Of a DNA stretch of 32,000 nt, positions 1-9,725 are shown one piece after another. The position numbers and the translations under genes were made by a program. Numbering within the stretch: the first letter of the stretch is position 1; the number at the start of each line of letters is the position of its first letter. The notes under the pieces were generated by a model, which was given only the letters and a program-made list of their open reading frames with translations, made no database searches and was not told the origin of the DNA. Source of the stretch: Methylophaga frappieri. Lineage in GTDB: Bacteria > Pseudomonadota > Gammaproteobacteria > Nitrosococcales > Methylophagaceae. Location: assembly GCF_000260965.1 (NCBI RefSeq), contig NC_017856.1:2130001-2162000 (forward strand), written 5' to 3'.

Positions 1-1357
1 GCATATCTTGAGCAGACTTGTTATTCCAACTGACAAGATCGCCAACATCCACATTATATTTACGTGCGATATGCCACCAGCTATCGCCCGGTTTTACCGT
101 GTATTGGCTACGTTTTTGCTTGCTAGGTTGCGAAACAGTGGGTGCTGATTGCCCAGCGGCAGGGATAATGAGCTCTGCACCAGTTTTGATGAGGTTGCTG
201 GAGAGTTGGTTTGCGGTTTTGATAGCATTGACAGTCGTTTGATGTTCACTGGCAATTTTCCCCAAAGAGTCGCCTCGACGAACGGTATGTCGTCGCCAAC
301 TTAACCGTTTATTTTCTGGCAAGCGCGCTAATGCGGATTTGAAAGCGGATGCTTTGCTGATCGGCAGGACAAGCTGATGTGGTCCGTCAGGTGCGGTTGC
401 CCATCGGCTATAGCCTGGGTTGAGTTGATATAGCTGATCTTTATCCATGCCAGCAAGATCAGCAGCAACGGCCATATCCAGTTGACTGCCTGTTTCGACA
501 ACGGATAAAAACGGGACGTTTTGCACTGGACTGAGTGCAATATCGTATTGTGCTGGTCGTTTGATCAGGTGTGCGACAGCCAATAATTTTGGAATGTAGC
601 CGGTTGTTTCTACCGGTAAATCCAAAGACCAGAAATCGGTATCAAGCCCTAATTCCTGATTACGTTTGATAGCGCGACCAACCGTACCTTCCCCTGCATT
701 GTAGGCGGCGATGGCTAACTGCCAGTCACCAAAGTAGCCGTGTAGTTTTTGTAAATAATCCAGCGCCGCATCGGTGGAACGAATGACGTCTCTGCGACCG
801 TCATACCACCAGGTTTGCTCCAGTCCAAACACTTTTCCGGTACCTGGGATAAATTGCCAGATACCAGCTGCGCCACTGGATGAAACAGCAAAAGGTTGAT
901 AACCACTCTCGATGATGGGCAGTAAGGCGATTTCCATCGGCATGTCGCGCTTATCCAGTTCATCAACGATATAAAATAGGTATGGTCGAGCGCGTTCGAC
1001 TACGCGGTTGACATAATCTGGGTGTTTAACAAACCAAGACAATCGGGTTTGTGTTTCGGGATGTAAGCTACGATAGTCATCAATGGCATAGCCGGCACGA
1101 ATACGCTGCCAGACATCGGTCATAGGCTGGTCGTTTTCCTCAGCAAGCAGCTGCAGATCGAATTCATCTGGTTCAAGCGTCACCATATGATTTCGCTGCC
1201 AGTGAGGCGGTCGTTGTTGGACGGCGGCAAGGACTGGCTGGCTATTTACCGTATTTTCAGTGCGCATTTCGGGTTGCTTTTGTGTGGTACTACAACCGGA
1301 GATAAGCACTAACAACACAGTAACGCCAAGCCTCAACAGGCTATTAACGTTTAACAT
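1..1357 (-). CDS. mltD: Membrane-bound lytic murein transglycosylase D (lipoprotein, SLT catalytic domain, C-terminal LysM repeats); 3' end lies outside the window
   Basis: Absent from the ORF track because it has no stop codon inside the window. My own translation of the minus strand from the ATG at 1357 stays open to base 1. It reads MLNVNSLLRLGVTVLLVLISGC (lipobox), then EIALLPIIESGYQPFAVSSSGAAGIWQFIPGTG and AIAAYNAGEGTV (SLT-type motifs). Two LysM-like repeats follow (HTVRRGDSLGKIASEH..., YTVKPGDSWWHIARKYNV...). Track ORFs 18..242(+), 328..540(-) and 715..966(-) are out-of-frame shadows of this gene. Confidence 0.85.
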   Translation of the reverse strand, partial: MLNVNSLLRLGVTVLLVLISGCSTTQKQPEMRTENTVNSQPVLAAVQQRPPHWQRNHMVTLEPDEFDLQLLAEENDQPMTDVWQRIRAGYAIDDYRSLHPETQTRLSWFVKHPDYVNRVVERARPYLFYIVDELDKRDMPMEIALLPIIESGYQPFAVSSSGAAGIWQFIPGTGKVFGLEQTWWYDGRRDVIRSTDAALDYLQKLHGYFGDWQLAIAAYNAGEGTVGRAIKRNQELGLDTDFWSLDLPVETTGYIPKLLAVAHLIKRPAQYDIALSPVQNVPFLSVVETGSQLDMAVAADLAGMDKDQLYQLNPGYSRWATAPDGPHQLVLPISKASAFKSALARLPENKRLSWRRHTVRRGDSLGKIASEHQTTVNAIKTANQLSSNLIKTGAELIIPAAGQSAPTVSQPSKQKRSQYTVKPGDSWWHIARKYNVDVGDLVSWNNKSAQDM

Positions 1358-1583
1358 GACGCTTCATCTAGTTTGTCTAAGCAATTAATTGCACACATTT
1401 TATACGCCATTCGTCGTCAAGGTGCCAGCAGGAATTTTTCCGGCAATCGCTAATCTCGCTTGTGCTCGGCTTTAAATCAGAATTGGTTTGATGAGATAAG
1501 CCTTGGTTAACGCATCCAGATTGCGCGGATTTGTTCACTTAAGCAGACCAAGTCACGCTCAGGTAAACTATGTCATTAGCAAG

Positions 1584-2426
1584 ATGACAGGCAGGAAAAA
1601 AGTGATCGCAGGGCAACTTGAAAAAATGCAGGCGGATCTGTCTGAACACGGCGAGGTGCATTACACATTACGGTTAGGCGATCAGGGTGTGGCAATGAAC
1701 GAGTTACTGGGCCAGCAATTACACTTTACCTATGCAGGTCAGATTTTTTGCCAGTGTTGTCAGGTCAAAATCAAGAAAAGTTACAGTGGTGGATTTTGCT
1801 TTCCGTGCTCGCAGCGTCTGGCGCAGTGTGATTTGTGTTTTATGAAACCGGAAACCTGCCATTTTTCACAAGGTACCTGTCGTGAACCTGAGTGGGGCTT
1901 GTCAGTATGTATGCAGGAGCATATCGTTTACTTGGCGAATAGTTCGGGTCTTAAAGTGGGCATCACCAGGCAGACACAAGTGCCTACACGCTGGTTAGAT
2001 CAAGGAGCAACCCAAGCGTTACCGATCTTTCGGGTTCAAAGTCGATATCAGTCAGGACTGGTGGAGGTCATGTTCAAACGTCATATCTCAGATCGAACGG
2101 ATTGGCGGAAAATGCTTAAGGGTGAAGCGCCGCCGCAGGATCTGGCTAAGGAGCGAGACCAGTTATTTGAGTCCTTTCAAGATGATATTACTGCGTTACA
2201 GTCTCAATTTGAGTCAGGTGCCATCCGTCATTTATATGCTGAGCCGGCGGTTGATATTAGCTATCCGGTAACCCGATATCCGGACAAGGTTACCTCCCTG
2301 AATTTTGATAAAACGCCCGAAATCAGTGGCAAGCTGATGGGCATTAAGGGCCAGTATTTGATATTGGATACCGGCGTACTCAACATCCGAAAATTTACAG
2401 GCTATCAGGTATCTTTAGCATCATGA
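1584..2426 (+). CDS. DUF2797-family protein of unknown function, Cys-rich (two predicted zinc-ribbon-like sites)
   Basis: The track ORF 1503..2426 starts at a TTG. I prefer the ATG at 1584 (MTGRKKVIAGQLEKMQADL...), which matches the usual N-terminus of this family as I remember it. The Cys pattern is CQCC-x12-CFPC followed by CDLC-x6-C-x6-C. The stop overlaps the pyrD start (ATGA at 2423-2426). Confidence 0.65.
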   Translation: MTGRKKVIAGQLEKMQADLSEHGEVHYTLRLGDQGVAMNELLGQQLHFTYAGQIFCQCCQVKIKKSYSGGFCFPCSQRLAQCDLCFMKPETCHFSQGTCREPEWGLSVCMQEHIVYLANSSGLKVGITRQTQVPTRWLDQGATQALPIFRVQSRYQSGLVEVMFKRHISDRTDWRKMLKGEAPPQDLAKERDQLFESFQDDITALQSQFESGAIRHLYAEPAVDISYPVTRYPDKVTSLNFDKTPEISGKLMGIKGQYLILDTGVLNIRKFTGYQVSLAS

Positions 2427-3451
2427 AAATCTATCCATTATTACGTAACCTCATGTTTCGTCTGGATGCGGAAACGGCCCATCATTTTGGTCTAAATGGT
2501 CTGAAATGGCTTGAATGGTCAGGCTTGTTGCCCTTGCTGGTGAAACAGCCGGTGTTTGCTCCGGTTGAAGTTATGGGCTTAACGTTTGCCAACCCCCTTG
2601 GACTGGCGGCCGGGCTGGACAAAAATGGAGATTATATTGAAGCTCTATCGCAACTTGGTTTTGGTTTTATCGAAGTCGGCACGGTGACGCCTCGTCCGCA
2701 ACCCGGTAATACACGACCACGATTGTTTCGGTTGACGGACGCTGAGGCGATCATCAATCGTATGGGATTCAATAATAAAGGGGTTGAGTATTTGTCCGAG
2801 CAGGTTCAGGTCGCTCGAACAAAAAATACCATTGTCGGCATTAATATTGGCAAAAATTTTGACACCCCGGTTGCTGATGCGATGTCAGATTACTTGTTTA
2901 GTTTAAACCGGGTTTATTCCTATGCTGATTATGTGGCGATTAATATATCCTCTCCCAATACGCCGGGGCTACGAAATCTGCAGTTTGGTCAAGCCTTGGA
3001 TGATTTGCTTTCGGCATTAAAGTCGGCGCAGGCAGCGCTTGCTGTGCAGCATGATCGTTATGTACCCATGGCGGTGAAAGTTGCCCCCGATATCAGTCAA
3101 GAAGAATTAACCCAATTGGCAGCGGCTTTTACCCGTTATGAGATTGATGCTGTTATTGCAACCAATACAACCTTAGACCGAGAGCAGGTTGCCACTGTGC
3201 CATTGGCCGAAGAAAAGGGCGGACTGAGTGGTCGTCCCTTATTTGCCAAGTCAACGGAAATTGTTCGACAATTCCGTCAAGTGTTGCCTGAGAAAATGCC
3301 AATTATCGCCGCTGGCGGAATCAGCAGTGGTGAGGACGCGGCGGCTAAATTAGCGGCTGGTGCGGCGTTGGTTCAGATATATAGTGGCCTGATTTATCAG
3401 GGCCCAAATCTGATTCATGACATTGTTACTACTTTAAAACAGAGGACTTAA
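2423..3451 (+). CDS. pyrD: Dihydroorotate dehydrogenase (quinone), class 2
   Basis: 342 aa. Typical class 2 N-terminal membrane-associated helix region (MKIYPLLRNLMFRLDAETAHHFGL). Also contains NPLGLAAGLDKNG, GFIEVGTVTPRPQPGN and INISSPNTPGLR. Confidence 0.95.
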   Translation: MKIYPLLRNLMFRLDAETAHHFGLNGLKWLEWSGLLPLLVKQPVFAPVEVMGLTFANPLGLAAGLDKNGDYIEALSQLGFGFIEVGTVTPRPQPGNTRPRLFRLTDAEAIINRMGFNNKGVEYLSEQVQVARTKNTIVGINIGKNFDTPVADAMSDYLFSLNRVYSYADYVAINISSPNTPGLRNLQFGQALDDLLSALKSAQAALAVQHDRYVPMAVKVAPDISQEELTQLAAAFTRYEIDAVIATNTTLDREQVATVPLAEEKGGLSGRPLFAKSTEIVRQFRQVLPEKMPIIAAGGISSGEDAAAKLAAGAALVQIYSGLIYQGPNLIHDIVTTLKQRT

Positions 3452-3452
3452 T

Positions 3453-4295
3453 ATGCAAACCGGAAGCCTTATTGGCGATCTGTTTCTAAATATTTTGCTG
3501 GCGATAGTTATCGTCCTGGTTGGTCGGGTGGTCGTTCGCTGGCTGATAAAAATTGCCCGCAAACTGATGGTCAGAGCTAATATTGACCCGATTCTGATTA
3601 ACTTTACCAGCACCATTGCCAATGTCATTTTGTTGTTGTTTGTGTTGATTGCAGCGCTGGACCAGCTGGGTGTTGATACCACTTCGATGATTGCTGTGCT
3701 GGGTGCGGCTGGCTTGGCTGTCGGTTTAGCGATGAAAGACTCATTGCAGAACTTCGCCGCTGGGGTGATGTTGATTATCAACCGACCTTTCAAGTTGGAT
3801 GATTTTGTCGAAGTGGCCGGGGTGATGGGGATTGTCGAAAAAATCAGCATTTTCAGCACTATTATGCGCACGACAGATAATCGTGAAGTGATTGTGCCCA
3901 ATGGTCAGATATACGCAGATACCATCACCAATTATTCGGCACGTGATACACGAAGGATTGATATGGTTTTTGGCATCAGTTACGACAGTGACTTGTTGAA
4001 AGCAAAACAACTGTTAACCGATATTGTGACGGCGCATCCGATGGTATTGGCCGATCCAGCCCCGATTATTCGGGTGGGGGAATTAGCAGACAATAGTGTC
4101 AATTTTATTGTCTGGCCATGGGTAAATCGTAGTGATTTTGGGGTTGCTAAAGCGGAGTTGCTGGAGCAGGTGAAACTGGCTTTTGATGCTAATGAAATTA
4201 CCATTCCATTTCCGCAAATGGAGTTGCATCTTAATCAGCCATTACCAGAAAGCGGCTCAAAGGCGGATCTGGACGCCGAACCACAAAACAGCTGA
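3453..4295 (+). CDS. mscS: Small-conductance mechanosensitive channel (MscS family)
   Basis: 280 aa. Three N-terminal TM helices, then the conserved pore helix and beta-domain region (LGAAGLAVGLAMKDSLQNFAAGVMLIINRPFKLDDFVEVAG...TITNYS). The ATG lies 1 nt after the pyrD stop. Confidence 0.9.
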   Translation: MQTGSLIGDLFLNILLAIVIVLVGRVVVRWLIKIARKLMVRANIDPILINFTSTIANVILLLFVLIAALDQLGVDTTSMIAVLGAAGLAVGLAMKDSLQNFAAGVMLIINRPFKLDDFVEVAGVMGIVEKISIFSTIMRTTDNREVIVPNGQIYADTITNYSARDTRRIDMVFGISYDSDLLKAKQLLTDIVTAHPMVLADPAPIIRVGELADNSVNFIVWPWVNRSDFGVAKAELLEQVKLAFDANEITIPFPQMELHLNQPLPESGSKADLDAEPQNS

Positions 4296-4303
4296 TTACT
4301 TCG

Positions 4304-5095
4304 TTAACTTGACCGGAAGTTGTCTTTCCACTGCCGCAGTGCCGTAAAGACCGCTTCCGGGCTTGTTAACTGGGCACCGGTTTTTTCTGAGACAGCGGCC
4401 ATTACGGCTGGCTCATCACAACGTAGAAAAGGATTAGTTGCTTTTTCTTCAGCCAAACTACTGGGAACGGTAGGCTGACCGGCTGCGCGTTGCCGACGTG
4501 TGTAGATAAGCCGTTGTTGTAATGCAGTATTTTCCGGTTCCACCGTTTGGGCAAAGGCGAGGTTCGCTTCCGTATATTCGTGTGCGCAATACACACGGGT
4601 ACTGTCAGGCAGCGATTTCAGTGCCATCAATGAGGCAAAAAGCTGAGGCGCTGTCCCACCCAGCAATCGACCACAACCGCCGGCAAATAAGGTATCACCA
4701 CAAAATAATTTCTGGTCGATAAGATAACTAATATGGCCAGGCGTATGCCCGCCGGTGTCAAGAACATAAATAGGTGGGAAGCCGTCACGCTGAATAAGAC
4801 AGCCGGCAAAGATAGGATGGGTGACGCCTTTTATTTGTTCGCTATGAGGGCCATAAACCGGGATATCATAGTGGTGGTTAAGGGCTTCAATACCACCCGT
4901 GTGATCGGCGTGGTGGTGGGTGATTAAGATAGCATTTGGGGTCAGCTGAGCATCTTGCAGCGCAGTCAAAACCGGCTCTGCTTCGCCTGGATCCACGATC
5001 AATGCTTGCCGACACTGCGCCGACTCAATCAGCCAGATATAATTATCAGTAAATGCAGGGACAGTATGAACAGGCAAAACAGGCTCCTGAAACAT
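4304..5095 (-). CDS. gloB: Hydroxyacylglutathione hydrolase (glyoxalase II)
   Basis: Metallo-beta-lactamase motif ITHHHADHTGG; AFTDNYIWLI near the N-terminus; CAHEYT further on. The track start at 5167 adds 24 non-conserved residues. I prefer the ATG at 5095 (MFQEPVLPVHTVPAFTDNY). Confidence 0.9.
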   Translation of the reverse strand: MFQEPVLPVHTVPAFTDNYIWLIESAQCRQALIVDPGEAEPVLTALQDAQLTPNAILITHHHADHTGGIEALNHHYDIPVYGPHSEQIKGVTHPIFAGCLIQRDGFPPIYVLDTGGHTPGHISYLIDQKLFCGDTLFAGGCGRLLGGTAPQLFASLMALKSLPDSTRVYCAHEYTEANLAFAQTVEPENTALQQRLIYTRRQRAAGQPTVPSSLAEEKATNPFLRCDEPAVMAAVSEKTGAQLTSPEAVFTALRQWKDNFRSS

Positions 5096-5126
5096 GGTCA
5101 CTCGAAATAAAACCGCTGAAGCAAGG

Positions 5127-5801
5127 ATGACAGACTGGTGGCGAAGTGTGAATGGCCGAGCGGTCATTCGCGCTGAGCAAAACTGGTTACAGCGTCATGC
5201 TGCCGGGTTTACGGGACATTGGCAAATACAGTTGGGTGGTGGTGAGAGATTATTACCTAAAATCAATCGTCCTTGTCATCAGCAGCAATTGCTTAGCGCC
5301 CCGCTGCCCTTGTCTCTGCCGTCTGATAGCGTGGATCAACTGATTCTGGCGCATGTGCTCGAATATGTTGACAGGCCCCACTTGTTGCTCAGAGAAGCCG
5401 ATCGCGTATTGGCAGAGCAGGGTAGTTTAATTATTTTTGCGTTTAATCCGCTTAGTTGGTGGGGGCTACGGAAACTGATTCAATATCGTGCAGCACCATG
5501 GCACGGACATTTTTTTAGTCGTTGGCGCCTGATTGATTGGTTAACCCTGCTGGATTTTGAGATAGTTGAAAAACACGCCATGCTCTATCAATTGCCTTGG
5601 CAGTTACCAAAACAAAGCCGACTGGAAAGCTGGGGGAGTCGTTACTGGCCCTATTTCGGTGCCATCACCGTGATAGTTGCCCGAAAGAATTATTATCGAT
5701 TAACCCCCCTTAAAACGCGTCGGCAAAAGACGCCGATGTTTGTCAGTCCCGCCTTGGCAGGCAAAGTAGTGAGTCGTAAAGGAACGTATGAAACAGGTTG
5801 A
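5127..5801 (+). CDS. YafS-like SAM-dependent methyltransferase-fold protein
   Basis: Resembles E. coli YafS as I recall it ([46 protein letters not shown]; [14 protein letters not shown]). It has the same gloB-divergent, rnhA-adjacent context. The start is uncertain: the track gives 5094, and I prefer the ATG at 5127 ([10 protein letters not shown]). Confidence 0.65.
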   Translation: MTDWWRSVNGRAVIRAEQNWLQRHAAGFTGHWQIQLGGGERLLPKINRPCHQQQLLSAPLPLSLPSDSVDQLILAHVLEYVDRPHLLLREADRVLAEQGSLIIFAFNPLSWWGLRKLIQYRAAPWHGHFFSRWRLIDWLTLLDFEIVEKHAMLYQLPWQLPKQSRLESWGSRYWPYFGAITVIVARKNYYRLTPLKTRRQKTPMFVSPALAGKVVSRKGTYETG

Positions 5802-6222
5802 GATGTATACGGATGGTGCCTGCAGTGGTAACCCCGGGCCAGGTGGCTGGGGGGTGATTTTACGCGCCGGAAAAACTGAAAAAATGCTATCGGGTGCCGA
5901 AGCCGACACGACCAATAACCGAATGGAAATGATGGCGGTGATTGCTGGATTACAAGCGTTAAAGCAACCTTGCCACGTTACCATCACCACAGACTCGCAA
6001 TATGTGATGAAAGGAATGACCGAATGGTTACCAGGCTGGCTTGCCCGGAATTGGCGTACAGCGGCAAAACAACCTGTGAAAAATGCTGATCTGTGGCAAC
6101 AGCTTGTTACCTTGTCAAAGCCACACCAGATTGACTGGCAATGGGTGCGTGGCCATAGTGGCCATCCGGATAACGAACGCGCCGATCAACTGGCAGTTCA
6201 AGCAAGAGAATCGTTGAGTTAA
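5788..6222 (+). CDS. rnhA: Ribonuclease HI
   Basis: 144 aa. Contains [46 protein letters not shown] and [15 protein letters not shown]. Overlaps the end of the preceding gene by 14 nt. Confidence 0.95.
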   Translation: MKQVEMYTDGACSGNPGPGGWGVILRAGKTEKMLSGAEADTTNNRMEMMAVIAGLQALKQPCHVTITTDSQYVMKGMTEWLPGWLARNWRTAAKQPVKNADLWQQLVTLSKPHQIDWQWVRGHSGHPDNERADQLAVQARESLS

Positions 6223-6224
6223 CC

Positions 6225-6959
6225 ATGACAACATCGAAACGAAGCAGACAAATTGTGCTGGATACCGAAACAACGGGGTTGAGCACGGCAGATGATCATC
6301 GAATTATCGAAATTGGCTGTGTCGAAATTATTCAACGCCGTCTAACTGGCCAAACATTTCATCAATACATTAACCCACATCGTGAAATTGATGCGGGTGC
6401 GATGGAGGTGCATGGCATTACGCATGAATTTCTCGCTGACAAACCTGAGTTTAGTGATATTGCAGAGGCTTTTCTGGCATTTATCGATGGTGCAGAGCTG
6501 ATTATTCATAATGCGCCATTTGATGTTGGCTTTATCAACCATGAGCTGAAAAAGATGACGGCGCCGGTTACGGATATTCGTAACCTGTGTCAGGTGACCG
6601 ATACCCTTATCATGGCCCGAGATAGGCATCCCGGACAAAAAAATAATCTGGATGCCTTGTGCAAACGCTACGACGTTGACAATACCAATCGCGAATTGCA
6701 TGGCGCTCTGTTAGATGCCGAAATTTTAGCGGATGTTTATTTGGCCATGACAGGAGGCCAAGTCAGCCTGACGTTGGCGGCTGAGCCACTTTCCAATACA
6801 CAAAGTAGAGAAGCTGACCAACCTGTCATTTCGACAGACTCGCAGTTGCCATTAAAAGTGATTTCAGCGAGTGCTGCTGAACAACAAGCGCATCAGACCA
6901 TGCTGGAAAAAATTGATAAAGCCAGTGGTGGTAAATGTGTCTGGTTAAAATCAACCTGA
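6225..6959 (+). CDS. dnaQ: DNA polymerase III epsilon subunit (3'-5' proofreading exonuclease)
   Basis: 244 aa. Exo motifs VLDTETTG (ExoI), HNAPFDVGF (ExoII) and HGALLDAEILADVY (ExoIII-epsilon). Confidence 0.95.
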   Translation: MTTSKRSRQIVLDTETTGLSTADDHRIIEIGCVEIIQRRLTGQTFHQYINPHREIDAGAMEVHGITHEFLADKPEFSDIAEAFLAFIDGAELIIHNAPFDVGFINHELKKMTAPVTDIRNLCQVTDTLIMARDRHPGQKNNLDALCKRYDVDNTNRELHGALLDAEILADVYLAMTGGQVSLTLAAEPLSNTQSREADQPVISTDSQLPLKVISASAAEQQAHQTMLEKIDKASGGKCVWLKST

Positions 6960-7000
6960 ACCGCCTGACTTTTTAGCGGTAATAAAAAAATCTGTTTTGG

Positions 7001-7028
7001 CTTGAAAAAATTTTTTTAATCCCCAACT
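7001..7028 (+). promoter_or_regulatory. Putative sigma-32 (RpoH) heat-shock promoter upstream of grpE
   Basis: CTTGAAA (7001-7007), 13-nt spacer, CCCCAACT (7021-7028). Compare the consensus CTTGAAA-N13/14-CCCCATNT. It lies 35 nt upstream of the grpE ATG. Confidence 0.6.
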
Positions 7029-7062
7029 CCGGTGACTCAATGTTACAGCGAATGGGGCAATC

Positions 7063-7620
7063 ATGAGCCAGGAAAACAAACCAACAATGGAAGAAAGCGC
7101 AGCCAATCAGGCTGAGGCAACTGAACAAGCAGCACAAAATACAGCGCAACCGACGGACGCTGATTTAGCCGCCCAGTTGGTTGCAGCTCAAAAACAAGCT
7201 GAAGCGCATTGGGACGAGCTGCTTCGTGCCCGCGCGGATCTGGAAAATATGCGCCGACGTCATAGTCGTGATTTGGAAAACGCCCACAAGCATGCGCTCG
7301 ACAAGTTCGTTACCGAACTGTTACCAATCTGCGACAGTCTTGAGCTCGGCATCAATGCTGCGCAGGAAAATGATGCCAACACCGATAAAGTGCGTGAAGG
7401 CATGGATATGACCTTGAAATTGTTGCTGAGCACCATTGCCAAGTTTGGTTTGGAACCGGTTAATCCTGAGGGTGACGTTTTTGATCCGGAGTCACACCAA
7501 GCCGTCGCCATGCAGCCTTCTGAGCAAGCTGCTTCTAATACGGTGATTTCAGTGATGCAAAAAGGTTACCGCTTTAATGGTCGGTTACTCCGTCCGGCGA
7601 TGGTTGTCGTGGCGCAATAA
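7063..7620 (+). CDS. grpE: Nucleotide exchange factor GrpE
   Basis: 185 aa. Acidic, low-complexity N-terminus, coiled coil (RARADLENMRRR) and C-terminal beta domain (GYRFNGRLLRPAMVVV). Confidence 0.95.
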   Translation: MSQENKPTMEESAANQAEATEQAAQNTAQPTDADLAAQLVAAQKQAEAHWDELLRARADLENMRRRHSRDLENAHKHALDKFVTELLPICDSLELGINAAQENDANTDKVREGMDMTLKLLLSTIAKFGLEPVNPEGDVFDPESHQAVAMQPSEQAASNTVISVMQKGYRFNGRLLRPAMVVVAQ

Positions 7621-7639
7621 AACCCAGATAAAGCAGGGG

Positions 7640-7669
7640 CTTGAAATTCGCATTGCGTTGCCCCATTTA
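7640..7669 (+). promoter_or_regulatory. Putative sigma-32 (RpoH) heat-shock promoter upstream of dnaK
   Basis: CTTGAAA (7640-7646), 14-nt spacer, CCCCATTTA (7661-7669). This is an essentially perfect match to the gammaproteobacterial sigma-32 consensus. It lies 57 nt upstream of the dnaK ATG. Confidence 0.7.
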
Positions 7670-7726
7670 ACAAAACAACAGCTGGCACGGCCAGTATGAA
7701 TTTAAGCATGATGGAGACAATAAGTT

Positions 7727-9646
7727 ATGGCTAAAATTATTGGTATCGACTTAGGGACAACAAATTCCTGCGTCGCAGTAATGGAAGATGGCAAAGCCCG
7801 TGTCATTGAAAACAGTGAAGGCGATCGGACGACCCCGTCAATTGTTGCGTTTAACAAAGATGGCGAGGTGATGGTTGGGCAGTCCGCCAAGCGTCAAGCC
7901 GTTACCAACCCCAAAAATACACTTTACGGTATTAAACGTCTGATTGGACGTAAATTCAAAGAAGATGTGGTGCAACGTGACATCGATATGGTGCCGTATA
8001 AAATCGTTGAGGCGGACAATGGCGATGCCTGGATTTCGGCCAACGACAAAAAGATGGCGCCACCAGAAATTTCTGCTCGCGTTTTGATGAAAATGAAAAA
8101 AACCGCAGAAGAGTTTTTGGGTGAAGAAGTCACCCAAGCGGTGGTAACGGTGCCAGCTTACTTTAACGATTCTCAGCGTCAGGCGACAAAAGATGCCGGT
8201 AAAATCGCTGGTCTGGAAGTCAAACGGATCATCAACGAACCGACGGCAGCCGCACTGGCTTATGGGATGGACAAAAAACGAGGCGACTCAACCGTTGTGG
8301 TCTATGACCTTGGCGGTGGTACGTTTGACGTATCGATTATCGAAATTGCCGATATCGAAGGTGAGCATCAGTTTGAAGTATTAGCAACTAACGGTGATAC
8401 CTTCCTGGGTGGTGAGGATTTTGATCAACGCATTATTGATTACTTGGTTGCAGAGTTTAAAAAGGATCAAAGCGTTGACCTTGGTAAAGATCCATTGGCC
8501 TTGCAACGTCTTAAAGACGCGGCAGAAAAAGCCAAAATCGAACTGTCCTCAAGTCAGCAAACGGATATTAACCTGCCCTATATTACGGCGGATGCCTCCG
8601 GTCCAAAACACCTGGAAATTCGTTTGACCCGAGCCAAACTGGAGTCACTGGTTGAAGATCTGATCACACGCAGCATGGAGCCATGCAAAATGGCACTGAA
8701 AGATGCAGGATTGAAAGTATCTGACATCAATGATGTGATTTTGGTGGGCGGTCAAACCCGTATGCCGAAAGTACAGGAAGCGGTTAAGGACATGTTTGGC
8801 AAAGAGCCACGCCGTGATGTTAACCCTGATGAAGCCGTTGCCGTCGGTGCTGCGATTCAGGCTGCGGTTCTGGCTGGTGATGTGAAAGATGTCCTGTTAC
8901 TGGACGTGACACCACTCAGTCTTGGTATTGAAACCATGGGCGGTGTGATGACCAAGCTGGTTGAAAAAAATACCACGATTCCGACTAAAGCGAATCAGGT
9001 GTTTTCAACAGCCGATGACAATCAACCTGCGGTGACGATTCATGTGCTGCAAGGTGAGCGTGAGATGGCTTCAGCCAATAAGTCACTGGGTCGTTTTGAC
9101 TTGGCTGATATCCCGCCGGCGCCACGTGGCACACCGCAAATTGAAGTCACTTTTGATATTGATGCAAACGGTATTTTGAATGTATCTGCAAAAGATAAGG
9201 CAACGGGTAAAGAGCAATCCATCGTCATCAAGGCGTCTAGTGGTTTAAGTGATGATGAAGTGGAAAAAATGGTTAAAGACGCAGAAGCACATGCGGATGA
9301 AGACCGTAAGTTCCACGAGTTGGTAACCGCTCGAAACCAAGCTGATGGCCTGATTCACGCCACGACCAAATCACTGAAAGATTTGGGTGACAAAGTGGCT
9401 GCAGATGAAAAAGCCAAGATCGAATCCGCTGTCGAAGCCTTGCAAGAAGCGATTAAAGGTGAAGACAAAGAGGACATCGAAGCCAAAACGACCGCGCTGT
9501 CTGAAGCGGCTGCTAAACTGGCTGAACAGGCTTATGCTGAAAATGCCGAAGCAGGTGATGGCGCCGCCGATGCAGATGACAACGCACAAGCCGATGATGT
9601 TGTCGATGCAGAGTTTGAAGAAGTTGATGACAGTAAAAAACAGTAA
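7727..9646 (+). CDS. dnaK: Molecular chaperone DnaK (Hsp70)
   Basis: 639 aa. Begins [18 protein letters not shown], with [10 protein letters not shown] and [13 protein letters not shown]. Acidic C-terminal tail. Confidence 0.98.
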   Translation: MAKIIGIDLGTTNSCVAVMEDGKARVIENSEGDRTTPSIVAFNKDGEVMVGQSAKRQAVTNPKNTLYGIKRLIGRKFKEDVVQRDIDMVPYKIVEADNGDAWISANDKKMAPPEISARVLMKMKKTAEEFLGEEVTQAVVTVPAYFNDSQRQATKDAGKIAGLEVKRIINEPTAAALAYGMDKKRGDSTVVVYDLGGGTFDVSIIEIADIEGEHQFEVLATNGDTFLGGEDFDQRIIDYLVAEFKKDQSVDLGKDPLALQRLKDAAEKAKIELSSSQQTDINLPYITADASGPKHLEIRLTRAKLESLVEDLITRSMEPCKMALKDAGLKVSDINDVILVGGQTRMPKVQEAVKDMFGKEPRRDVNPDEAVAVGAAIQAAVLAGDVKDVLLLDVTPLSLGIETMGGVMTKLVEKNTTIPTKANQVFSTADDNQPAVTIHVLQGEREMASANKSLGRFDLADIPPAPRGTPQIEVTFDIDANGILNVSAKDKATGKEQSIVIKASSGLSDDEVEKMVKDAEAHADEDRKFHELVTARNQADGLIHATTKSLKDLGDKVAADEKAKIESAVEALQEAIKGEDKEDIEAKTTALSEAAAKLAEQAYAENAEAGDGAADADDNAQADDVVDAEFEEVDDSKKQ

Positions 9647-9666
9647 ACCACATTGCTGTTAAAAAT

Positions 9667-9701
9667 CAGGCGCAGGCATTGATCCTGCGCCTGTTTTGTT
9701 T
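9667..9701 (+). terminator. Rho-independent terminator or attenuator hairpin between dnaK and dnaJ
   Basis: Perfect 10-bp stem CAGGCGCAGG / CCTGCGCCTG (9667-9676 and 9684-9693) with a 7-nt loop, followed by TTTTGTTT. Confidence 0.6.
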
Positions 9702-9725
9702 CTGAAATAACGAAAAAAAGAAACC

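Noticed and set aside
1503-1583. N-terminal extensions in the ORF track from upstream TTG/GTG starts: 1503 for DUF2797, 5167 for gloB, 5094 for the methyltransferase, 14746 for the thioredoxin-like gene, 18690 for pgk, 22982 for DUF190, 24528 for the M50 protease, 27732 for rluB and 30482 for the SDR.
   Set aside because: The extensions are non-conserved, often overlap the upstream gene or AT-rich intergenic DNA, and hide better ATG starts with SD sequences or ATGA coupling. I re-called the starts in the feature list. The exact starts remain predictions.
3434-3901. A 155-aa ORF antisense to mscS. The same applies to 24036..24503 antisense to serS, 15119..15541 and 14936..15388 over the thioredoxin-like gene, 17574..17963 antisense to gap, 15777..16148 antisense to tkt, 23388..23756 and 23846..24214 over serS, and 6342..6701 over dnaQ.
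   Set aside because: All lie fully inside genes with unmistakable conserved products. Their translations are low-complexity or compositionally odd (T/S/I- or R/P-rich), and none has a family resemblance or an SD. These are typical shadow ORFs.
5093-5096. Apparent back-to-back overlapping start codons (CATG) of gloB and the divergent methyltransferase ORF.
   Set aside because: This is an artefact of taking the longest ORF for the methyltransferase. With the ATG at 5127 the genes are divergent with a gap of about 31 bp, similar to the gloB/yafS arrangement in E. coli.
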